From the NCBI GenBank assembly GCA_025453495.1, contig JALOQM010000001.1, positions 155,161 through 219,160 of the forward strand: a stretch of 64,000 nt of DNA. Direction: 5' to 3'. The notes under the pieces are model-generated. The model had not been told where the DNA came from and did not search any database. It saw only the letters and a program-made list of their open reading frames with translations. The stretch comes from Minisyncoccota bacterium. Lineage in GTDB: Bacteria; Patescibacteriota; Minisyncoccia; Phycocordibacterales; UBA9973. Positions 9,907-18,190 of this stretch are shown piece after piece (the first letter of the stretch is position 1; the number at the start of each line of letters is the position of its first letter). Position numbers and translations under genes: made by a program.

Positions 9907-10317
9907 TTAGAGCATATACTGCACATACTCTACTTCAATCTCTTTATCTTCCGCATATTGTATTTCCGATCTGACACCGAGTGAGTGCTCAAAACCAGGA
10001 AGGACGTAGAGTTTGGTGATGAGTCCAGATTGTATGACGCCTTTGTAGAAGATTTCAAATTTTGCCGCATACTCACGCGGCGCGTTATCATGATAGATAT
10101 CAAGATACGGTGTCTGATCAAATACCTGGTGGCCATCCGCTTCAAGTTCGGCAATCATATTTTTCATCACAGAGAGATTGTGCTCAAACTCATCAGTGTC
10201 GACACCAAGTACGCCCGATACCATCACAAAAGAGCCACCAAGAGCGTGCATGTTGGCAAGTGCAGTATCATGCAGGCGAGTGTAATAGTATGTGGAATTT
10301 GTATCGTATGTTTCCAT
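9907..10317 (-). CDS. Hypothetical protein, possibly nucleoside 2-deoxyribosyltransferase-like (DUF4406-like)
   Basis: 136 aa; C-terminal ...LYVLPGFEHSLGVRSEIQYA... resembles the NDT-family Glu-containing motif; lies in an AT-rich block. Confidence 0.35.
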   Translation of the reverse strand: METYDTNSTYYYTRLHDTALANMHALGGSFVMVSGVLGVDTDEFEHNLSVMKNMIAELEADGHQVFDQTPYLDIYHDNAPREYAAKFEIFYKGVIQSGLITKLYVLPGFEHSLGVRSEIQYAEDKEIEVEYVQYML

Positions 10318-10536
10318 TATGTATAAGTGTAAATAAAGTATCGAAAAATTAATTTCTTGTATGCACTAAACACATACTTACTGTATTAATTTACAAGTAA
10401 TATTGGGCATAGCAAAGTTACAACACTGTACACTAAGCATTTCTTTAAATATATTTAGTAATCACAGTATAGTGCTTTTCTATATTTAAATTATCTATTT
10501 GTCTGTCTGGAGTTTTGACTATGCTATCATGTCAAT

Positions 10537-11571
10537 ATGAAACCAATTATATTTAAAGGTAAAGATAGTTTTGCAATCGGTACACAGTTCGGCAAGATAT
10601 ACAAAAAGAATGGGTTTTCAGTTGATTGGATAACTATCAATAAAACTATCTATAGTCAGCAGTTGAAAATATATAAAAAATACTTCCCTAGTTTCTTGGA
10701 CGAACTAAGAGGTATTGCCATCGCTGGTGGATATGACCTTGATATGTTGCAGTATTCGTTCATTGGTAATTCTGTTGAATGGATGATGAGCACAAACAGA
10801 TATACGGCAACAGCATGTTCAGTCTTTGGACTAAAAAAGGGTACTGACTTGTTTGTCGGCAGAAATTATGACTGGTTGCCTGAAACAGAGAAAGTATTCT
10901 GTGTATACAAGACATACAATCCCAAGAATTATGCGCATATTTCTGTTTCAGATATGAATATCTATAAAAAAAGAATAGCGCTTACTGATCAATCATATCT
11001 CCCTGTTGATGCACTCAATGAACATGGACTATATATTGGACTGACGGCTTCAATAAATAATGATTGGGCATATGGTCTATCAAGTATGCATATGATTAAA
11101 TTAGTCGCTGAAACTTGTAAGAACGTAGCGGAGGCAGTGAGATTGTTTAAAAAAGTACCACTAAATTGTGCAAAGAACTTTTTTATTGCTGATGCTCAAG
11201 GAAATATGGTTGTTGTTGAACATTTTTCTGGGCTTAATTTAAAAATAGTAAAGCCAAAAGACGACCTCTTGATACAAACAAACCACTACAATGATCCGGA
11301 GTTTTCCAAACAAGATAAAATACTTTTGTATAGGCCGACAAATACTACATTTCTTCGCTATTATGAAATCTTGCGCGAAGTAAATTTAAGAAAAAAGACC
11401 TTCAAGCAAAAACACATCCTTGAGATTTTAAATAAAGAGGGGTCACTTCTTTTGCAAAACACACCAACGGCGCGTTCGATATGGACATTGTCATTTAATA
11501 TGACAAAAAAACAGTATGTTTTACACTATGATCTGTTTGGTAAAAAAAAGTCACTAAGATTGAAGATTTAA
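10537..11571 (+). CDS. Ntn-hydrolase family protein (peptidase C45 / acyl-CoA:6-APA acyltransferase / choloylglycine hydrolase-like)
   Basis: 344 aa; candidate nucleophile Cys in ...TATACSVFGL...; ...VGRNYDW... segment; about 30% GC. Confidence 0.5.
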   Translation: MKPIIFKGKDSFAIGTQFGKIYKKNGFSVDWITINKTIYSQQLKIYKKYFPSFLDELRGIAIAGGYDLDMLQYSFIGNSVEWMMSTNRYTATACSVFGLKKGTDLFVGRNYDWLPETEKVFCVYKTYNPKNYAHISVSDMNIYKKRIALTDQSYLPVDALNEHGLYIGLTASINNDWAYGLSSMHMIKLVAETCKNVAEAVRLFKKVPLNCAKNFFIADAQGNMVVVEHFSGLNLKIVKPKDDLLIQTNHYNDPEFSKQDKILLYRPTNTTFLRYYEILREVNLRKKTFKQKHILEILNKEGSLLLQNTPTARSIWTLSFNMTKKQYVLHYDLFGKKKSLRLKI

Positions 11572-11850
11572 AATTAGTATATTTCTCGTTTCTTTCCAAG
11601 AACGAAGAAATAGATTACTTAATGTGCGATCTGGCATCTCTTTATCATTCTCGAGAGTTCTTCAATAAGTTTTTGATACCCAAAGCTATTTAAATGTTGC
11701 CTATCTTCAACGTGGTAATTGTCTTTGTTTTTCAATACTTTCCATAGACAGATTCAGAATCTATAACAGCTACATTCATTATTTTGCAATATCTTTAATA
11801 GCATTATTGTGCTCTGTAGGATATATAAAAAATATTTTTTTATATATCAA

Positions 11851-11886
11851 AATAAAAAAAGCGCAACTCCACAAGGAGAAGCGCTT
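11851..11886 (-). terminator. Rho-independent terminator downstream of the SemiSWEET gene
   Basis: Minus strand: GCGC-TTCTCCTTGTGGAGTT-GCGC followed by T7. Confidence 0.5.
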
Positions 11887-11988
11887 TAGATCACTTTTTG
11901 CCATTGGATAGTCCAGTGAATTCAAGTTTGGCATTAATTACAGTACCCACTAAGCCAATATACCTTTGCGGAAGACAGTATGTATTAG

Positions 11989-12312
11989 CTACAGAAGTTT
12001 GACCAGTTTTTGCTTTTTGTCCTTTATGTTGTGGCTTCTTTTTACGATTTTTTTTTGGTAGTGGAAAAACTGAAAAATAATAATGAGTGATAGCACAGAG
12101 CCAGGGGTCTGTGCTATCACTAGTAACAAATCTGGTTTAGTCCAGCCATAAATACTCCAAAAACTGTAGCTGCAAAACACAGTGCAAATGAGTGGTAGAG
12201 AAAGTCCATCGCAGTTTTTTCTACGATTATTTTTGACAATCTGTGCTGGAAGACCAAGCAGAGCGATTGCTAGCGACGCAGTAGTCGCAAGAATTCCGAT
12301 TACTGTAGACAT
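11989..12312 (-). CDS. SemiSWEET / PQ-loop family small sugar transporter (3-TM)
   Basis: 107 aa with three hydrophobic helices and an LPAQIVKNNRRKNCDGLSLPL segment matching the PQ-loop consensus. Confidence 0.55.
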   Translation of the reverse strand: MSTVIGILATTASLAIALLGLPAQIVKNNRRKNCDGLSLPLICTVFCSYSFWSIYGWTKPDLLLVIAQTPGSVLSLIIIFQFFHYQKKIVKRSHNIKDKKQKLVKLL

Positions 12313-12440
12313 TAAATCCTCCTTAATTTTGATTTAGAAAGTACTACTTGACTACAAAGAAGAGTAACATAATAAGTAACAAAATTGAAGAAGCAGTTTT
12401 GACTCGTTGCTGTATTTACTGAAATATAAATTCGTTACTT

Positions 12441-12544
12441 CTTTTGATTGGATATAGTGGGTTCAGTGCCAGAGTGGTGAGGTGCTGTAAGGGTATTTCA
12501 GGGAGTTTTTGTAAGTTGAAATGAGGTACATGGGTCGGGCTCCT
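12441..12544. repeat. Intergenic repeat, family A, copy 1
   Basis: ...GGGTTCAGTGCCAGAGTGGTGAGGTGCTGTAAGGGTATTTCAGGGAGTTTTTGTAAGTTGAAATGAGGTACATGGGTCGGG...; about 80% identical to the copies at 14236, 15590 and 16150. Confidence 0.7.
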
Positions 12545-12796
12545 TTATTTAGGAAACCAACGACACACGATATCAACAACCTCGATCAATTGAATTGCTG
12601 CAATTCCGACCCCGACCACTGTTAGCCAGAAAACTTTGTTTTGAAGCTTATCGTTCTTTTCGTTTGCTTCAGATATTGTCTGATTTAGTTTTCTTATGTC
12701 TGTTACAAGCAACTCAAGACGGTTGTTTGTTGTTGCTGCAAGGTCGCGATCTATTCCATTACCAGTATTTATGATGGGAAATTCATTATCAGCCAT
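12545..12796 (-). CDS. Hypothetical protein with C-terminal TM segment
   Basis: 83-aa ORF immediately followed by repeat A1. Confidence 0.35.
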   Translation of the reverse strand: MADNEFPIINTGNGIDRDLAATTNNRLELLVTDIRKLNQTISEANEKNDKLQNKVFWLTVVGVGIAAIQLIEVVDIVCRWFPK

Positions 12797-12799
12797 ATC

Positions 12800-13186
12800 C
12801 TATTCGGTGTCAGGAAATGTTCCTGTGTATTGGTTCCCAAAATCATCCATACAAGAAACTTTCCAATCATAGTAATCATAAGAGTAAATCGTATGCTTTT
12901 CCGAAGCACTTCTTGCATACGTAGTTTCACTACCGGGGATAGCTGCGTTACCGCCTATGTATGTCCAGATACATGTTGAAGAATTACCACTCGGGATGGA
13001 GAGCGAGTATCCCTCTTTGCCGTCATAAAAAGTACCCACCAGCACACCTGTTGCCTTAATGGTGGTATTGGTTTTTACATCAATAGTCGGATTTTTGCTC
13101 TGAGAATTTCCAAGCCAATAAGCTCCACCGCCAATAATTGCGATAACGATGAGTATTATCCAAATTTGTGAACCTCGATTTTCCAT
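12800..13186 (-). CDS. Hypothetical membrane-anchored protein
   Basis: 128 aa with an N-terminal TM (IWIILIVIAIIGGGAYWL); 3-nt gap to the downstream gene. Confidence 0.4.
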   Translation of the reverse strand: MENRGSQIWIILIVIAIIGGGAYWLGNSQSKNPTIDVKTNTTIKATGVLVGTFYDGKEGYSLSIPSGNSSTCIWTYIGGNAAIPGSETTYARSASEKHTIYSYDYYDWKVSCMDDFGNQYTGTFPDTE

Positions 13187-13189
13187 TGC

Positions 13190-13343
13190 CTAATTATAAC
13201 TTAAACCTACAAACTTAGGTACTCGGGGCATGCCGATAACAGATTCTTAGTGCGGAGAGCGTCGTGTTAGAACTAACCCCCGACAAGCCCAGTAAGGTCA
13301 TTTTAGCACTATTTCAGAATCTTAATCGACGCGTCTCGTGCGG
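13190..13343. repeat. Intergenic repeat, modules B plus C
   Basis: ACTCGGGGCATGCCGATAACAGATTCTTAGTGCGG matches module B at 15545. CCCCGACAAGCCCAGTAAGGTCATTTTAGCAC...GAATCTTAATCGAC matches module C at 17128. Confidence 0.6.
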
Positions 13344-14195
13344 CTAAGATACATCCTCAAAAGAATCGTAACAACTGCGACACAGCCGAGCAATGAGATC
13401 GGAAGCAACATATTTCCCTGGCATGTTTTCAATCATCTCCGGCACTTCAAATGTATAAACTGCAAGAATGAATAAAGGATGCTCACCTTTATAAACAATT
13501 CCAACATCATTGTATGCATTACTTCTTGTTCCTGTTTTGTGAGCAACTCTGGCTTCCACGGGCAGATGAAATGGTAACCGGTAATTGATTTGTTGCATAA
13601 GTAGAATTTTAAGTGCAAGATTGCACAATTCTGAATCAAGCCCTATATGAACCGCTTCCTTCTCGTCGATTGATCCTTTTAAGAACCAATGTATCATTGC
13701 TGCCGCTTCATTCGGGGTAGTGACATTGGTCGTTTCAACTCTTGCGGGAGTATGTGCGGATGCAGAAAGATTTCCATATCTTAACAAGGTCTGATTAAAA
13801 CCAAGAGATGTAATGTATTTATTCAGCCGATCTAATCCAATCATTTCAACAATCCCACCAGTACATGCATTATCGCTAATAGCTACCATGGCGACTAGCG
13901 CATCATGCAAAGATATGACGCATGCATTAGGATCGAAATAATGAAAAATTCCTGAATTGTTATCCTGGTATTTTTTCTGAATAAAGAAATGATCGGTCAG
14001 GTTCAGTTTTCCTGCTTTAATATCAGCAAGAACGCAGGCGAGTATGAAAATCTTTCTGGTGCTTGCGGAAGGCACAATCTCATCACCAAATCTATTGAAG
14101 AATCCTCCTGTCTGAAGATTAATAAACGAGAATCCTATATGGAACGGCTGTTCGTCACACAAGTCTTTCAGTCTCTGCTCAAGGGGTTTTTCCAT
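13344..14195 (-). CDS. Class A beta-lactamase-like serine hydrolase (PBP/beta-lactamase fold)
   Basis: 283 aa with STRKIF (SxxK), AISDNAC (SDN) and AHKTGT (KTG) motifs in the canonical order and spacing. Confidence 0.65.
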   Translation of the reverse strand: MEKPLEQRLKDLCDEQPFHIGFSFINLQTGGFFNRFGDEIVPSASTRKIFILACVLADIKAGKLNLTDHFFIQKKYQDNNSGIFHYFDPNACVISLHDALVAMVAISDNACTGGIVEMIGLDRLNKYITSLGFNQTLLRYGNLSASAHTPARVETTNVTTPNEAAAMIHWFLKGSIDEKEAVHIGLDSELCNLALKILLMQQINYRLPFHLPVEARVAHKTGTRSNAYNDVGIVYKGEHPLFILAVYTFEVPEMIENMPGKYVASDLIARLCRSCYDSFEDVS

Positions 14196-14235
14196 AGTGC
14201 TAATTATATCAGAGAAGCCTTGTTATAAGGACTTC

Positions 14236-14352
14236 GTGCTAGATGTTAGATGCGGGACACTCGGGTTAAGTACCAGAGTAGCGAGACACCGTAAGGGTAT
14301 TCTGGCAGAGTTTTGAGAACTGAAACGAGGTACATGGGTCGGGGTCTACTTT
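14236..14352. repeat. Intergenic repeat, family A, copy 2
   Basis: ACTCGGGTTAAGTACCAGAGTAGCGAGACACCGTAAGGGTATTCTGGCAGAGTTTTGAGAACTGAAACGAGGTACATGGGTCGGGG. Confidence 0.7.
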
Positions 14353-15486
14353 TCAATCTTGGTATATATCTGGAATGTTTTCACCCAAAAATGATTCTAC
14401 TAATAGTTTACCGATCATAATGCCATTAGTTAGCCCATTGCCACCATTTCCGAACAATTCATAATAGCCGTTTTGTTGCGTAATAAAAGGTCTGTTACGA
14501 GTTGGATATAGCAACAGCCCTGTCCATCGGTGCGAAACGGCAAGGTTCTCTTTAGAAGGATTTTGCACAAAAGCAAGGAATCGCTCTATTATTTTTTCTT
14601 CAGCATTCAGCAGGTCTTTTTCAGAAGGATTCAAGTTGATGCTTCCATTTAAGAATAAGCGGTTTCCAATCTTGCGGACAGCAATATAATTATTCCCCGT
14701 ATTCCAAAACATTCCACCTTTATCCCATGATAAGGCAGAAATATCTTCATCTGAAAGTGGCTCCGTAACAAGCGCAAGCTCTCTTTTAATGATTCCATAA
14801 TTTTCTGTAAGATCAGTTTTATTGCTTTCAATTGCAACAACTACTTTCTTTGCATGGATGATTCCATGAGGAGTTGTTACTGTGTGTACATCAAACGATA
14901 GTGCGGGAGTTTGCTCATATACCGAAAGACCTGCTTTTTCGGCAATTTCTGCAAGTCCCCGAACAAATTTGACCGGGTGTAAAGAACAGTCGTTTGCAAC
15001 AAGAAGAGTATCTTTTTTTGGTTCAAATTGAGGTATGATTTCTCCTATAAAATTCGCATGATGTCTTGCCTGTAGTTCGTCTTGCAGCGTTGATATATCC
15101 TGTGACTCCGAAGCAACATATAAACTTCCTGATCGAGAAAAATCACAAGCGATATTATTACTCTCTATTAAAGAAACAACATACTCTCTTGCATCTATAG
15201 TTCGCTGCCATGCTTCTATGGCTTGCTCTTTTCCGAACTGCTTTTCCGCTTCAACAAAATCAATCGCGAGACCTTCAACCACCATACCGCCATTTTTTCC
15301 TGCTGATCCCGATGCGATAACATCTCTTTCGATAAGTACGGTCTTGAATCCTGCTTTTACAGAATGATATGCGGCAGAAACCCCAGTTATTCCAGCACCG
15401 ATAACAACCACGTCTGTTTCTCTATCTTGTTTGAGAGATGGACGAGAAGTGTATGGGATATCAAGCCAATAGGAGATATTTTTCAT
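14353..15486 (-). CDS. FAD-dependent oxidoreductase (DAO/glycine oxidase-like)
   Basis: 377 aa; N-terminal VVVIGAGITGVSAAY Rossmann GxGxxG. Confidence 0.7.
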   Translation of the reverse strand: MKNISYWLDIPYTSRPSLKQDRETDVVVIGAGITGVSAAYHSVKAGFKTVLIERDVIASGSAGKNGGMVVEGLAIDFVEAEKQFGKEQAIEAWQRTIDAREYVVSLIESNNIACDFSRSGSLYVASESQDISTLQDELQARHHANFIGEIIPQFEPKKDTLLVANDCSLHPVKFVRGLAEIAEKAGLSVYEQTPALSFDVHTVTTPHGIIHAKKVVVAIESNKTDLTENYGIIKRELALVTEPLSDEDISALSWDKGGMFWNTGNNYIAVRKIGNRLFLNGSINLNPSEKDLLNAEEKIIERFLAFVQNPSKENLAVSHRWTGLLLYPTRNRPFITQQNGYYELFGNGGNGLTNGIMIGKLLVESFLGENIPDIYQD

Positions 15487-15499
15487 AAATTCATTTTAG

Positions 15500-15679
15500 C
15501 TTAAATCTCGATGTTTAGTAATCGGGTCGCCCCATCCACCTAACCACTCGGGTCATGCCGATAACAGGTTTTTAGTGCGGGCGACTCGGGTTCAGTACCA
15601 GAATGGTGAGGTGTTGTAAGGGTATTTTAGCGGAGTTTTGGAGATTAGAATGAGGTGTGTGGGTCGCTAATCGATTTCT
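15500..15679. repeat. Intergenic repeat, module B fused to family A copy 3
   Basis: AATCGGGTCGCC...CCACTCGGGTCATGCCGATAACAGGTTTTTAGTGCGGGCG (module B) then ACTCGGGTTCAGTACCAGAATGGTGAGGTGTTGTAAGGGTATTTTAGCGGAGTTTTGGAGATTAGAATGAGGTGTGTGGGTCGCTAATCG (module A). Confidence 0.7.
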
Positions 15680-16096
15680 TTAAAATTCGCGATATCTTGC
15701 GTTTCCCGGATGTCCGTACAGATGGATCAGTAATTCCTTATCTGAACCAAAATGTCCTTCAGTTAAGCTAACTTCTGACGTCTTTAAATCTGCTATGATC
15801 TTCTCTAGAACGATATGCGCATCTTTCGATACAGCAAGATTATTTGAGAGGTGAGCAAATGGACAAAGGAACACATTGTTATGTTTGGTGTCTTTACAGA
15901 ATTTAAGGATTTCCTGAGCAAGTTTAGAGGCCTTTTCAGGAGTATCACCCTTCTCAACCGTGATGAATACTAGAATACAATCATGAGAGGACTGCTTCTC
16001 ATCTAAAATATCTCCATACACAATATCTTTAGGACGAGTCGAGAGACCCGTGATAACGGCACCAAAATCTTTACAGTGAAACAAAATTGATCTCAT
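15680..16096 (-). CDS. Hypothetical protein (138 aa)
   Basis: An ORF between two repeats; no motif I can assign with confidence. Confidence 0.35.
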   Translation of the reverse strand: MRSILFHCKDFGAVITGLSTRPKDIVYGDILDEKQSSHDCILVFITVEKGDTPEKASKLAQEILKFCKDTKHNNVFLCPFAHLSNNLAVSKDAHIVLEKIIADLKTSEVSLTEGHFGSDKELLIHLYGHPGNARYREF

Positions 16097-16099
16097 TGG

Positions 16100-16253
16100 T
16101 TATTTACTGCCTAATCTTATTGCTTTAGGTATGTGGGTCTGCCCCACTTGGCGGGCCATGTGGGTTAAGTACCAGGGTGGTGAGTCCGCGTAAGGGTATT
16201 TGGAAAGGGTTTTGAGAATTGAAATGAGGTATGTGGGTCGGGGCACCTTTTAT
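16100..16253. repeat. Intergenic repeat, family A, copy 4 (with GGTATGTGGGTC at both ends)
   Basis: AGGTATGTGGGTCTGCCCCACTTGGCGGGCCATGTGGGTTAAGTACCAGGGTGGTGAGTCCGCGTAAGGGTATTTGGAAAGGGTTTTGAGAATTGAAATGAGGTATGTGGGTCGGGG. Confidence 0.7.
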
Positions 16254-17015
16254 TTATTGCATAAAATCACCAAACTTCACGATATCAGCTTTTGAGCCAA
16301 GAATATGAATCTTTTCTGGTGCTACTGTTAATTGACCGAAGGGTATATTTTCTACTCCAAATTTATTTACATAATTTTCAAGAAAAAAATCTCTTTCAGT
16401 TTCATTTTCCAGCTTAGCAATAACTTCTTCCTTAGAGAGTTTAGTATTTTTTAAGATTTCATTCAGACCTTGATTTTCAATATTTTCCCTCATTTTTTCT
16501 AATTGTTCAAATGAAAGTTTCTTGCCATCTTTATAACTATTTACATCGTAAAGTATTTGCAATAAAGCATCCTTGCCTTCCTTATACACTGATGATATAT
16601 CACTATGATTAATGCTTCCATCTTCAACAATTTGAATATTTCTCGTATTAACTAATACTGGAATTAATACTTTACCGTCTGATTCATAAGCATCATTCCC
16701 ATATGCGTTATATTTTCTTGCAAAAAATACAGCATTTCTTATAGAACAACCTTCTTTTTCTTTTGAGAAGCCATTAATTAATATGTTTTGAAGATTTTTA
16801 GCATCTGTTCCATGATATACAATATCTTTTATCTTGCTTTCAGGAAAAACAGTATCTAAGTATTCAGAATATTGTTCTTTAGTACCAATCTCAGCAAGTT
16901 CAGGATGTTGTTCAAATACGAAATCAACACCTTCTTTAATTTGAAGTTTCTCGATTTTGTTTTCGCCTGAATGCACATTTTCTATTTTTGGAATATTTTG
17001 AGGGAATCCTTCCAT
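16254..17015 (-). CDS. Hypothetical protein (253 aa)
   Basis: ORF with a Glu/Lys-rich C-terminal half; first gene of the same-strand array. Confidence 0.4.
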   Translation of the reverse strand: MEGFPQNIPKIENVHSGENKIEKLQIKEGVDFVFEQHPELAEIGTKEQYSEYLDTVFPESKIKDIVYHGTDAKNLQNILINGFSKEKEGCSIRNAVFFARKYNAYGNDAYESDGKVLIPVLVNTRNIQIVEDGSINHSDISSVYKEGKDALLQILYDVNSYKDGKKLSFEQLEKMRENIENQGLNEILKNTKLSKEEVIAKLENETERDFFLENYVNKFGVENIPFGQLTVAPEKIHILGSKADIVKFGDFMQ

Positions 17016-17039
17016 GCTTCTATTTTAACTTAAATATCT

Positions 17040-17205
17040 TTTTCTAAGTAATCGGGTCGATCTACTCTCATAAGCCTATGAATCACTCCGATACTTAGTT
17101 CTTTTGGCGGGCTACTCGGGTATGGTACCCCGACCGTCAACCCCAGTAAAGCTTTTCTGACGTTTCCGAATCGACCCGGGCGATGTTTGCGGGTCGGGGT
17201 CACCT
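17040..17205. repeat. Intergenic repeat, A-type start plus module C with an 8-bp inverted repeat
   Basis: AATCGGGTCGATC...GGCGGGCTACTCGGGTATGGTACCCCGACCGTCAACCCCAGTAAAGCTTTTCTGAC...GAATCGACCCGGGCGATGTTTGCGGGTCGGGGTC; CCCCGACC and GGTCGGGG flank about 45 nt. Confidence 0.6.
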
Positions 17206-17266
17206 TTTTGAAAATGAGACTTAGGCACAGATTTTCCCCGGATCAAATGCCAACAAATGCCAATTT

Positions 17267-18016
17267 TTGAGATATAATCAGGGCATGACAGTTGGCGAAT
17301 TGGTATATCTGGAAGCACTTAAGAATGGATACAAACCCAAACTTCCCGAGGGCGTTATTTCAACGTTACAAAAGACATTGGAATCATTTCAGAGGGTCTC
17401 CGAAGATATGCGCGGACCAATACAGATGGCAGCTCAAATGGCTGAGCGCATGCAACCGCAGATAGAAACCACGAGAAAGATGGCGTTTCCTAGAATGGCT
17501 GAGTTTAGTGAATCCATTTCTAGAATCTCTTCCCTCTATGACAAAGAGGAAGAATTCGTCATCCCCGCATTTACACGACCGATTCAAGAAGTACGAATCG
17601 TGAACCCCGAGGATATCGCTATAACATCGACCAAGAGTGAGAGAGATTTTGTAATTGCCTCATATCCTCTTCCGAAGAACGCGGTATGGGAATCCCTCGA
17701 CATCCAGTTCATCGATGGGCATTTCGTTAAGGTTTCGTATCCGAACTTGGAATCAAAGAAGTTCAATTATAAGGATATGGGCTTCGTGAACATGAAGACG
17801 ACGAACCCCGATCTGAAATGGAGACTCCTCTACGCAATTGCAGAAAACGACGGAGCTTTAACTACCACGAAATGGGATAGAGGGTTCGGAAGGAACGTAA
17901 AATACGAACTCAACGAGGGACTCAAGCGATTCTTCGGTATGGCGACGAACCCCATTCCTCACTACACCAAGAGAGATGGCTACAAGCCGCTATTTTCTAT
18001 CAGACGCGAAAGATAG
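17267..18016 (+). CDS. Hypothetical protein (249 aa)
   Basis: ORF with a TATAAT-like -10 just upstream (GAGATATAATCAGGGC ATG). Confidence 0.4.
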   Translation: MRYNQGMTVGELVYLEALKNGYKPKLPEGVISTLQKTLESFQRVSEDMRGPIQMAAQMAERMQPQIETTRKMAFPRMAEFSESISRISSLYDKEEEFVIPAFTRPIQEVRIVNPEDIAITSTKSERDFVIASYPLPKNAVWESLDIQFIDGHFVKVSYPNLESKKFNYKDMGFVNMKTTNPDLKWRLLYAIAENDGALTTTKWDRGFGRNVKYELNEGLKRFFGMATNPIPHYTKRDGYKPLFSIRRER

Positions 18017-18024
18017 TCATTTGA

Positions 18025-18160
18025 TTTGCAATGACGAATAAAAGACTTTCTGTCCATACAGGCAGAAGGTCTTTTATTTTATGGCCTATTCCGTCATTCA
18101 CACTCGCTCAATGAAAATAAATTGTCATTTTGTCATTCAATGACGAGTAGATATAGGAGA
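18025..18160. promoter_or_regulatory. Cluster of AATGACG / CGTCATT repeats including a GTCATTCAATGAC palindrome (candidate operator) upstream of the ParB-methyltransferase operon
   Basis: gcAATGACGaat, cCGTCATTcac, tGTCATTttGTCATTcAATGACgag within about 130 bp. Confidence 0.4.
18041..18080 (+). terminator. Rho-independent terminator after 17267..18016
   Basis: AAAGACTTTCTG-TCCATACAGG-CAGAAGGTCTTT followed by TATTTT. Confidence 0.55.
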
Positions 18161-18190
18161 GTTTAATAAAACCCTCTCCTCAATCAACAC

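Noticed and set aside
12441-17266. Canonical integron (attC sites plus IntI)
   Set aside because: No tyrosine integrase gene lies near the array. The elements conserve primary sequence at about 80%, unlike attC sites, which conserve structure. Relative to gene orientation a GTTRRRY-like heptamer (GTTAAGT) sits where R'' should be, and an RYYYAAC-like heptamer (ACTTAAC) where R' should be, which is the wrong order. I therefore describe the array as cassette-like with a different or unknown recombination chemistry.
12441-17266. CRISPR array
   Set aside because: The repeats are 100-160 bp and mosaic, and the spacers are full-length protein-coding genes. There are no short regular direct repeats and no cas genes.
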